From Porticoccaceae bacterium (lineage in GTDB: Bacteria; Pseudomonadota; Gammaproteobacteria; Pseudomonadales; Porticoccaceae), in the NCBI GenBank assembly GCA_041635095.1, contig JBFJKD010000001.1, forward strand, positions 1 to 36,822: a stretch of 36,822 bases of DNA. Reading direction: 5' to 3'. A program made the position numbers and the translations under genes. This document shows, one piece after another, positions 18,245 to 26,505 of this stretch. The notes under the pieces are model-generated. The model worked only from the letters and a program-made list of their open reading frames with translations. It was not told the origin of the DNA and did no database searches. Position 1 is the first letter of the stretch, and every line of letters starts with the position of its first letter.

Positions 18245-19942
18245 ATGACGTACGATATTAAAATAACTGGCGGCACCATCATCGACGGCACTAACCAGCC
18301 CCGTTTTAAGGGGGAGGTTGGTATTAAAGACGGCCGGGTGATTGCCATTGGCGCGGCGCCGGGCGATGCCGCCAGAGTGATTGATGCTACCGGAAAAATT
18401 GTCTGTCCAGGTTTTGTAGACTGCCACACCCATTACGACGCCCAGGTGATATGGGACCGTATGATGAGCATCTCCCCATGGCACGGCATTACCACCGTGG
18501 TGCTCGGAAACTGCGGGTTTGGTATAGCGCCGGTGCGACCCAAAGATCGCGACACGATTATTCGGACATTGGAAAATGTCGAAGGTATGGACGCCAGTGC
18601 GCTTGCTGCCGGGCTCGGCGAGGACTGGCCGTTTGAAACATTTCCCCAATACATGGACACCCTGGAAAAGAGGGGTGTTGGTGTCAATGTCGGCGTACTT
18701 ATCGGCCACACGCCGGTGCGTCTTTATGTGATGGGTGCGGACGCCACAGAACGCGCTGCAACTGTGGATGAAGTTAGACAAATGTGCGACATCGTCCGTG
18801 AGGCATTGCGTGCCGGTGCACTGGGGTTTGCGTCGTCCAAGTCGCCGACCCACGTCGGTGCGGGTGGCAAACCGGTGCCCAGTCGGCTCGCGGATTATCA
18901 GACCGAAACACTGGAGATAGCCCGAGTTATCGGCACCGAGGGAAGAGGCATTATTCAGTCGACCATCGGCGGCGATGTGTTGCACGACCAATTTGCGGAA
19001 ATGGCGCAAGTAGCTAATTGCAATGTCACCTGGACGGCGCTGCTGCAGGGCGCGTCTCTGGGCGGTGGCGACCATAATCAGCAGTTACAGAAATCCGCAG
19101 AATTGGCCGCAGCCGGTGCCCGTGTGTTCCCCCAGGTAACCCCACGTGCCCTCAGTTTTGAAATGACATTTAAGGCTCCCTTTCTGTTTGAAAGCCTGAA
19201 TGTATTCAAACAGGTATCCGCAGCCGATCAGGAGGGACGCAAGAACATTTATCGGGATCCACAGTTTCGCGCGGGGTTCAAGGCCGCAATCGACGCTGGA
19301 GAATCGAGGGTGCTGGGCGGGTGGTCAAAAACCGTTATTTCCTTTTACCCCCCGGATCCGTCATTGGAGGAACAATTACTGTTTGAACTCGCAGAGCAAC
19401 GCGAAATGCACCCGGTGGATTTGATGCTCGACCTGGCGCTGGAGAGTAATCTCGGGCTGCGCACACGCATGCCGGTTGCGAATTACGACGAAGACGAAGT
19501 AGAAAAAATGCTCAAGGATCCCAATGTGGTGCTGGGTCTGTCCGACGGTGGTGCTCACGCCAGTCAGTTGTGCGACGCCTGTTACTCAACGTATTTACTC
19601 GGTCATTGGGTTCGCGAGAAAAAAATATTTGATCTCGAATACGCTATCTGGATGTTGACGGCCCGGGTTGCGGATGTGTGTCAGATACCCGATCGGGGTC
19701 GACTTGCAGTCGGGCTCGCAGCGGACGTGGTGGTGTTTGATCCGGCCACCGTGGGCGCGGGTAAACTGGAGCGAGTGCACGATTTTCCGGCGGGCGCGGA
19801 CCGTCTGATAGCCCAGGCCAGCGGCATTGAATCGGTTATCGTGAACGGGGTTCTGCTGCGGCAAAACAATTGTGATCAGATCGATCCGATCAAGGGCGTG
19901 CTGCCCGGCAAGGTGTTGAGAACGCAACTAGCTCCCGTCTGA
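18245..19942 (+). CDS. D-aminoacylase-like amidohydrolase (N-acyl-D-amino-acid deacylase family)
   Basis: The ATG at 18245 lies 10 nt after GGAGG. MTYDIKITGGTIIDGT...GKIVCPGFVDCHTHYD is the classic N-terminus of this family. The product is about 565 aa. Confidence 0.85.
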   Translation: MTYDIKITGGTIIDGTNQPRFKGEVGIKDGRVIAIGAAPGDAARVIDATGKIVCPGFVDCHTHYDAQVIWDRMMSISPWHGITTVVLGNCGFGIAPVRPKDRDTIIRTLENVEGMDASALAAGLGEDWPFETFPQYMDTLEKRGVGVNVGVLIGHTPVRLYVMGADATERAATVDEVRQMCDIVREALRAGALGFASSKSPTHVGAGGKPVPSRLADYQTETLEIARVIGTEGRGIIQSTIGGDVLHDQFAEMAQVANCNVTWTALLQGASLGGGDHNQQLQKSAELAAAGARVFPQVTPRALSFEMTFKAPFLFESLNVFKQVSAADQEGRKNIYRDPQFRAGFKAAIDAGESRVLGGWSKTVISFYPPDPSLEEQLLFELAEQREMHPVDLMLDLALESNLGLRTRMPVANYDEDEVEKMLKDPNVVLGLSDGGAHASQLCDACYSTYLLGHWVREKKIFDLEYAIWMLTARVADVCQIPDRGRLAVGLAADVVVFDPATVGAGKLERVHDFPAGADRLIAQASGIESVIVNGVLLRQNNCDQIDPIKGVLPGKVLRTQLAPV

Positions 19943-20012
19943 TCCGGGCAAAATCATGCTATACCCTCTTTTTAGTGTTCCCCGCGCAGCTAGCGCGGGT
20001 AACCTGAGTTGT

Positions 20013-20054
20013 CTAGCCAGAGTTGTGCAGCCAGAGTTGTGCAGCCAGAGTTGG
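20013..20054. repeat. 14-bp tandem repeat x3 (GCAGCCAGAGTTGT), with a degenerate fourth copy at 19999-20012
   Basis: Read directly: CTAGCCAGAGTTGT GCAGCCAGAGTTGT GCAGCCAGAGTTGG. Confidence 0.85.
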
Positions 20055-20131
20055 GTAAACAGGTTCTGGAAAAATAGCTCCAACACGGACACTGTCCTAT
20101 CGCGGGTATCGAGGATATTCATTTTTTGCGC

Positions 20132-20159
20132 GCCGCCACGGATGGCGGTTTTATTTTTT
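20132..20159 (+). terminator. Rho-independent terminator
   Basis: The sequence is GCCGCCA-CGGA-TGGCGGT followed by TTTATTTTTT. It lies about 190 nt downstream of the D-aminoacylase-like gene. Confidence 0.7.
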
Positions 20160-20217
20160 CCAGCATCGCCGGTTTATTTTGTCTATCCTTCCGATGTGAC
20201 GTCTTAACAATGCAACC

Positions 20218-20259
20218 AATCACAGCAGGGGAATCACAGCAGGGGAATCACAGCAGGGG
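20218..20259. repeat. 14-bp perfect tandem repeat x3 (AATCACAGCAGGGG) abutting the AKR start codon
   Basis: Copies lie at 20218-20231, 20232-20245 and 20246-20259. The last copy supplies the SD (AGGGGAAAGG) for the ATG at 20266. Confidence 0.9.
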
Positions 20260-20265
20260 AAAGGT

Positions 20266-21246
<981 letters not shown>

Positions 21247-21270
21247 GTATGGGTATTGCCCGATCGGGAG

Positions 21271-21316
21271 CTGTGACTGTGGACTGTGGAAGTGGAGTGT
21301 GGCGGTGGACAGTGGC
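21271..21316. repeat. Degenerate heptad GTG-rich repeat (GACTGTG-like, about 6 units)
   Basis: The sequence is CTGTGACTGTGGACTGTGGAAGTGGAGTGTGGCGGTGGACAGTGGC, starting about 25 nt after the AKR stop codon. Confidence 0.6.
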
Positions 21317-21508
21317 AAAGCGCTTAGGCTAAACTTCTGGAAGTTACCCGCTGGTAAATAAACGCGCCAATCGTTGACGAATGGCTGTTCAGACAGACAT
21401 TCCCCCGCTTGAGTATGAATCCCGCAACGCGCGTGTGCGCTGTGTACGCGCACGTCACCGGTGGCGTTTGGGGTGGGGCGAAAACTGGATGCAACTGGAA
21501 GTAATCCG

Positions 21509-22270
21509 ATGACGAAAATTAACCAGGAATTTGATCTGTCGGGCAAAGTGGTGCTGGTTACCGGCGGTAGCCGCGGCCTGGGGAAGGAGATAGTGCGCGC
21601 GTGCGCGGCGGCCGGTGCCGATGTCATTATTGCCAGTCGTAAGTTAGAGAACTGCGAGATATTAGCTGCGGAAATAGAAGCCACTTACGGCGTGTCCGCA
21701 TTGGCCTATGGTTGTCATGTGGGGCAGTGGGATCGGTTACAGGGTCTGGTGGATGCCGCTTACCAGCGTTTTGGGCGGGTGGATGTGCTGGTGAACAATG
21801 CCGGTATGTCGCCGTTGTACGAATCGCTGGACAAGGTGGACGAAGCACTGTTTGACAAGGTGATCGATGTCAATCTCAAAGGCCCGTTTCGGCTCAGCGC
21901 CTTAATCGCCAGGCGCATGATGGCAGGTGCGGGCGGCACCATATTGAATATCAGTAGTATCGCTGCCATACGCCCGCGCGGCGATATTGTGCCTTACGCC
22001 GCCGCCAAGGCCGGCCTCAACGCCATGACCGAAGGGATGGCCCAGGCCTACGGGCCGCAGGTGCGTGTCAACGCCATTATGTGTGGCGCTTTTTATACCG
22101 ATATCAGCCAGGCATGGGATATGCCGAAATTCCAGGAACGGGCCAAAGGTTTTGCATTGGGTCGCGGCGGTGAGCCGCACGAAATCGTAGGTGCGGCGCT
22201 GTATTTTGTGAGCGACGCATCGCGCTTTTGTACCGGTGCTATTTTGCGCCTGGATGGCGGTACGCCCTGA
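21509..22270 (+). CDS. SDR family oxidoreductase
   Basis: The ATG at 21509 (MTKINQEFDLSGKVVLVTGGSRGLG) is preferred over the ORF-track start at 21461. NNAG and YAAAK motifs are present. The product is about 253 aa. Confidence 0.88.
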   Translation: MTKINQEFDLSGKVVLVTGGSRGLGKEIVRACAAAGADVIIASRKLENCEILAAEIEATYGVSALAYGCHVGQWDRLQGLVDAAYQRFGRVDVLVNNAGMSPLYESLDKVDEALFDKVIDVNLKGPFRLSALIARRMMAGAGGTILNISSIAAIRPRGDIVPYAAAKAGLNAMTEGMAQAYGPQVRVNAIMCGAFYTDISQAWDMPKFQERAKGFALGRGGEPHEIVGAALYFVSDASRFCTGAILRLDGGTP

Positions 22271-22343
22271 CAGCCCGGCAATGTTATCAACCAGTCGTTA
22301 GTCAAACTGCGGTTAAACATCCTCCAATAGCAAGGAACAGACG

Positions 22344-23105
22344 ATGAATGTAGCTGGTCAATGCGCGGTTATTACCGGCGGCGCGTCGGGATTGGGCGCC
22401 GGTGCGGCGCGCATACTCAGTCAGGCAGGGGTTAAGTGCGCATTGCTGGATCGCAATCTGGAACTGGCCACCGCGTTAGCCGCCGAGTTGGGCGGCATTG
22501 CCATTGAATGCGATGTGGTGGATGGCCCTGGTGTCGAGGCGGCGTTGGTGCAGGTAACCGAGACCCTCGGCACGCCGCGTATCCTGTTAAATGCGGCGGG
22601 TATCGACGTGGCGGTACGCACCGCCGGGGCCAAGGGCGCCCATCCTCTCGACGACTTTGAGCGGGTGATTCGGGTCAATTTAACGGGTAGCTTCAATGTC
22701 GCTCGACTGGTAGCCCAGGGGCTGATCGGCGTCGATCCGATTACGGACGACGGTGAGCGTGGCGTGATTATCAATATCGCTTCGGTGGTTGCCCAGGACG
22801 GACCGCTGGGCCAGGTTGCCTATGCAGCCTCAAAGGCCGGTGTACAGGGCATGACCTTACCGATGGCGCGGGATCTCGCGCCGTTCGGTATTCGCGTGAT
22901 GACCATTGCGCCGGGCATGTTTGAAACACCTCTGGCTAGCAGTATTCCACAAGACTGGATAGAGCGGATTATCCCTACCGTGCCCTTTCCCAGGCGCTGG
23001 GGAAATCCCCTCGAGTTTGGCGCGTTGGTGCTGCACATTTGTCAAAACGCCATGCTCAACGGCGAAATGATTCGCATCGACGGCGCCATTCGCATGGGAA
23101 CCTGA
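22344..23105 (+). CDS. SDR, 3-hydroxyacyl-CoA dehydrogenase type II (HSD10/FadB2)-like, tandem paralog 1
   Basis: The 253-aa ORF has TGGASGLG, the family-typical DGERGVIINIAS...GQVAYAASKAG, and the C-terminal NGEMIRIDGAIRM. Confidence 0.85.
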   Translation: MNVAGQCAVITGGASGLGAGAARILSQAGVKCALLDRNLELATALAAELGGIAIECDVVDGPGVEAALVQVTETLGTPRILLNAAGIDVAVRTAGAKGAHPLDDFERVIRVNLTGSFNVARLVAQGLIGVDPITDDGERGVIINIASVVAQDGPLGQVAYAASKAGVQGMTLPMARDLAPFGIRVMTIAPGMFETPLASSIPQDWIERIIPTVPFPRRWGNPLEFGALVLHICQNAMLNGEMIRIDGAIRMGT

Positions 23106-23167
23106 GAGTTGCCCCGTGCATTGGCTTTAATAAATTCTGGGCGACTGAAACTGACGAGGTCGATGAC

Positions 23168-23926
23168 GTGAATATTGAGGGACTAAGTGTCGCCGTTACC
23201 GGTGGCGCGTCGGGGCTCGGTGCAGCGGTGGTGGCATTATTTGCGAGCAAGGGTGCGCGCGTTGCATTACTGGACCGTAATCTGCAATTGGCGCAGGAAA
23301 CAGCACAACATTGCGGCGCGCTGGCGATTGCCTGTGACGTGGCAGATGAATCTTCTGTGCTGACAGCGCTGGCGGCGATAACGGCAGCCCAGGGTGTGCC
23401 CCGCATATGGGTCAACTGCGCGGGCATAGATATTACCGGGCGCATTGCCACCCGCGGCGGTGGGCCGCAGGCACGGGACGCTCTGACGCGACAAATTGCA
23501 GTAAATTTGACCGGCACGTTCAATATTTGTCGTCTGGGTGCCCATGCCATGCGTGATCTCGATACGCTGGTCGGCGATGAACGCGGTGTGCTCATCAATG
23601 TGGCATCGATCGCTGGAATGGACGGCCCTTTCGGCCAGACCGCCTACTCTGCTACCAAGGCGGCGGTTATCGGTATGACCTTGCCCATGGCCCGCGACCT
23701 GGCACCGCTGGGGATTCGCGTGGTAACGATTGCTCCGGGGGTATTCGATACGCCGCTGGCGGCAGCTGTGCTGCGGGGTAATCCCAACGACCATAGCAGC
23801 AGCGTGCCGTTTCCAAAACGGGCCGGAAAACCCGAGGAGTTTGCCGCGTTGGCGCTGCATATCTGCGAAAACTCGATGTTGAATGGGGAAGTCATACGGC
23901 TGGACGGCGCGATCCGGGCGGTATAA
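23168..23926 (+). CDS. SDR, HSD10/FadB2-like, tandem paralog 2
   Basis: The in-frame GTG at 23168 lies 8 nt after GAGGT. The upstream part of ORF 23039 overlaps paralog 1. The product has TGGASGLG, GDERGVLINVAS...GQTAYSATKAA and NGEVIRLDGAIR, and is about 252 aa. Confidence 0.83.
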   Translation: MNIEGLSVAVTGGASGLGAAVVALFASKGARVALLDRNLQLAQETAQHCGALAIACDVADESSVLTALAAITAAQGVPRIWVNCAGIDITGRIATRGGGPQARDALTRQIAVNLTGTFNICRLGAHAMRDLDTLVGDERGVLINVASIAGMDGPFGQTAYSATKAAVIGMTLPMARDLAPLGIRVVTIAPGVFDTPLAAAVLRGNPNDHSSSVPFPKRAGKPEEFAALALHICENSMLNGEVIRLDGAIRAV

Positions 23927-24020
23927 AAACCGATCCGATTCGCGCGCCATTACGCTCGCCGTTACGCTCGCAAACTCGGGCAGCATTACGCGGGGCCTGA
24001 ACAAATAACTGGATGTGGTT

Positions 24021-24791
24021 ATGGAGATAAAAAATCAAGTGGCGATTGTTACCGGCGGCGCGTCGGGTCTGGGTGCGGCCACGGCGCGGTTGCTGGCCGC
24101 CCGCGGTGCGCGCGTGGCGGTGCTCGATCGCAATATAACATTGGCCCGTGAAGTGGCCGCCGAATTAGATGCGCTAGCTGTGGAAGTGGACGTTACCGAT
24201 GCAGACAGTGTTGTCAGCGCGGTTGCCCAGACGCTGGAAATTTACGGTCCGCCGCGTATCCTGATTAACGCCGCTGGCACGGCGATTGGCCGCAAGATCA
24301 CCAGCAGTAAAGGTCCCCATCCACTGGACAGCTTTTTGCGCGTGGTGAATACCAATCTCACCGGCACCTTCGACATGTGTCGACTGGTGGCCGCGGAGAT
24401 GAGCGCCCTGGACCCTGTGACCGAGGATGGCGAGCGGGGGGTGTTTGTCAATGTCGCGTCAATTTTTGGTTTCGACGGACCGGTGGGCAACACGGCCTAT
24501 GCGGCATCCAAGGCCGGCGTTATCGGTATGACGTTGCCCATGGCGCGGGATCTCGCGCCTTACGGCATTCGGGTGGTGACCGTGTGCCCGGGGGTGTTCG
24601 ACACACCGTTGGCCCGCGCGGAAACCGGTGCAGAAGGCTTTGCGCGCCTGTTGGCCGATGTGCCTTTTCCAAAACGGGCTGGCGCTCCATCGGAGTTTGC
24701 ACAACTGGTGTGCCACATTGTCGAAAACGCGATGTTAAATGGTGAAGTCATCCGTCTCGACGCGGCCCTGCGCATGGGCACTATTTTATAG
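24021..24791 (+). CDS. SDR, HSD10/FadB2-like, tandem paralog 3
   Basis: The ATG at 24021 gives the same N-terminal length as paralogs 1 and 2, so I prefer it to the alternative GTG at 24015. The product has TGGASGLG, DGERGVFVNVAS...GNTAYAASKAG and NGEVIRLDAALRM. Confidence 0.85.
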   Translation: MEIKNQVAIVTGGASGLGAATARLLAARGARVAVLDRNITLAREVAAELDALAVEVDVTDADSVVSAVAQTLEIYGPPRILINAAGTAIGRKITSSKGPHPLDSFLRVVNTNLTGTFDMCRLVAAEMSALDPVTEDGERGVFVNVASIFGFDGPVGNTAYAASKAGVIGMTLPMARDLAPYGIRVVTVCPGVFDTPLARAETGAEGFARLLADVPFPKRAGAPSEFAQLVCHIVENAMLNGEVIRLDAALRMGTIL

Positions 24792-24821
24792 ACTGTAACT
24801 AATTTTATAGGCTGCAACTAA
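24784..24821. repeat. 19-bp tandem duplication (TTTTATAGRCTGYAACTAA x2) that includes the last codons and stop of SDR paralog 3
   Basis: Copy 1 is 24784-24802 (TTTTATAGACTGTAACTAA, containing the TAG stop at 24789-24791). Copy 2 is 24803-24821 (TTTTATAGGCTGCAACTAA). The copies differ at 2 positions. Confidence 0.8.
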
Positions 24822-25118
24822 TGCGAATGGTAATCCAACGACTGTGCTGACGTTGGATCAGGACACAGCGCCACGCAGCCTCGCGATTTGCAGTAGCCAG
24901 GTGAGATGTACAGGAAAACCTGTGTTCATCGTCATCGCCAAGCTACCTCGTCATGCTTGCTCCGTAAACTACAGTATAAAAAGTACAGTATAAAAAAGGG
25001 CGTCATACAGGCGCATCGATTTGACGGACTGGAAATCGTCAACTATGTTTAGAAAACGCTGGTAGTTTACCCATCCTGGTGTCTGTCAAATCATCTTTGC
25101 ACAACAGAGGTGCCTGTC

Positions 25119-25436
25119 ATGAAATCAATTATTGCAGTGGTTATAACGTTGTTATTTGTGCCGTATACCCTGAGCACATTGGCTACCGAAAACAGGGCAG
25201 CCCCCGCTGCTGCGGAAGAGCGAGTCCAGGTGATCACCGCGGGGAAAAAAGATGCGGCCCCAGGGCGTCTGGTGGCGCCGACGGACGCAGCCCGCGGCAA
25301 GAAGTGCGGCATGCTCGGCGATACGGTGTATGCCAATGCTTGCGGACCGTCCTTTATCAGCTCCTGTAAAAATGGGTTTACCTGCCACGATCCCATCACC
25401 AATCCGGAATGCAATTACGGGGAGTGCAAGGACTAG
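25119..25436 (+). CDS. small secreted Cys-rich hypothetical protein
   Basis: The ATG at 25119 lies 8 nt after CAGAGG. The product has a signal peptide MKSIIAVVITLLFVPYTLSTLA/TE, a low-complexity Ala/Pro/Gly linker, and a C-terminal ~45-aa module with 6 Cys (KKCGMLGDTVYANACGPSFISSCKNGFTCHDPITNPECNYGECKD). I did not recognise a family. Confidence 0.6.
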   Translation: MKSIIAVVITLLFVPYTLSTLATENRAAPAAAEERVQVITAGKKDAAPGRLVAPTDAARGKKCGMLGDTVYANACGPSFISSCKNGFTCHDPITNPECNYGECKD

Positions 25437-25491
25437 CGGGCGATTCACTATCCGTGTCCCCGGAAGCCGGTGCGTACGGAGAGCACACAGG

Positions 25492-26133
25492 CTAGAAGTT
25501 GACGCCGAGCGCGTGCCCAAGGTCGTCAATGGCCTGCTGTTCGGAGACAACCTTGATCGTGGTCATACCCAGGGCTCGCGCGGGTTTCAGGTTGATGCCC
25601 AGGTCGTCGAGGTAGACTACTTCCGTCGGCTCAACCTGCAGGCGACTACAGGCCAGTTGGTAGAATCGGGTTTCTGGTTTGCGCATACCCTCGACGCTCG
25701 ATTCGAGGACATACTCGAATAAATTCATCACCGCATCGACCGCGTGGGCCCGTGGCGTGTCAGCGTCGTTACTCGGGTGGTTGCGGGGTCTTATATTGTT
25801 GGTGAGACAGGCAACCCGGAAGTCCTGTTTCACGCGCTCCAGCACCTGTACCATGCGTGGACGCACATCTCCATCCAGAAGCCCCAGTACGTCCGCACCG
25901 CGAATGGCATGGCCAGCGGCGCTCGATTCGTCCCTGAAGGCGTGGTCAAACTCCTGCGCCGAAATTCGATTCGCCTCCAGCCGTGCCCAGGCATTGCGGT
26001 CGGGATTGGTGGCGTTAATCGAGCGGATGAAATCTCGCGGATAACCCCGTTGTTCTTCAAAACGATTGAATGCGTCGAAAGGCGATGTGGTGAGCACCCC
26101 GCCAAAATCCCATAAAACAGCGCGTATCTTCAT
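25492..26133 (-). CDS. HAD-superfamily hydrolase (subfamily IA-like phosphatase)
   Basis: The 213-aa ORF has motif I VLWDFGGVLT, motif II CLTNN, and a C-terminal VVYLDDLGINL (motif IV). Confidence 0.85.
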   Translation of the reverse strand: MKIRAVLWDFGGVLTTSPFDAFNRFEEQRGYPRDFIRSINATNPDRNAWARLEANRISAQEFDHAFRDESSAAGHAIRGADVLGLLDGDVRPRMVQVLERVKQDFRVACLTNNIRPRNHPSNDADTPRAHAVDAVMNLFEYVLESSVEGMRKPETRFYQLACSRLQVEPTEVVYLDDLGINLKPARALGMTTIKVVSEQQAIDDLGHALGVNF

Positions 26134-26505
26134 GTCCGGGGAGTCCTTGCACAGCGGCGCAGAAATTTGCGCACTCTGGTTGTTCGCAACAGCAGCCTAA
26201 CCTGGCCGACCATTATAACGCCGGGGAGGATTTACCGAACACCGATCAATTTGTCTAATGTTGTTTTTCTGCGCAGTTGTTATGCAACGAGCGCAACATT
26301 AGAAAAAAAGTGATTGCTTTTCCCGCGGATAGCCCCTTAAATCATCGCCAATCGGGCCGTTTATTTGCCCAGTGTCCGCAGGCATCAGAACGTTTTGGAG
26401 GAGCAACCCTTTCTATGTCGAGAGCGACAACACACCATTCTTGCGCTGCATGAATGGCCTTCCTCTGGGACACTTGATCGGCCGCGCGGGAAGGTTGTTT
26501 ACTCC

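Noticed and set aside
18146-19075. 309-aa minus-strand ORF antisense to the D-aminoacylase-like gene. The same applies to 16240-16875 (-), 23267-24004 (-), 20248-20787 (-) and 2175-2840 (+).
   Set aside because: All of these lie fully inside or across genes with strong family evidence on the other strand or in another frame. None has an SD or recognisable motifs.
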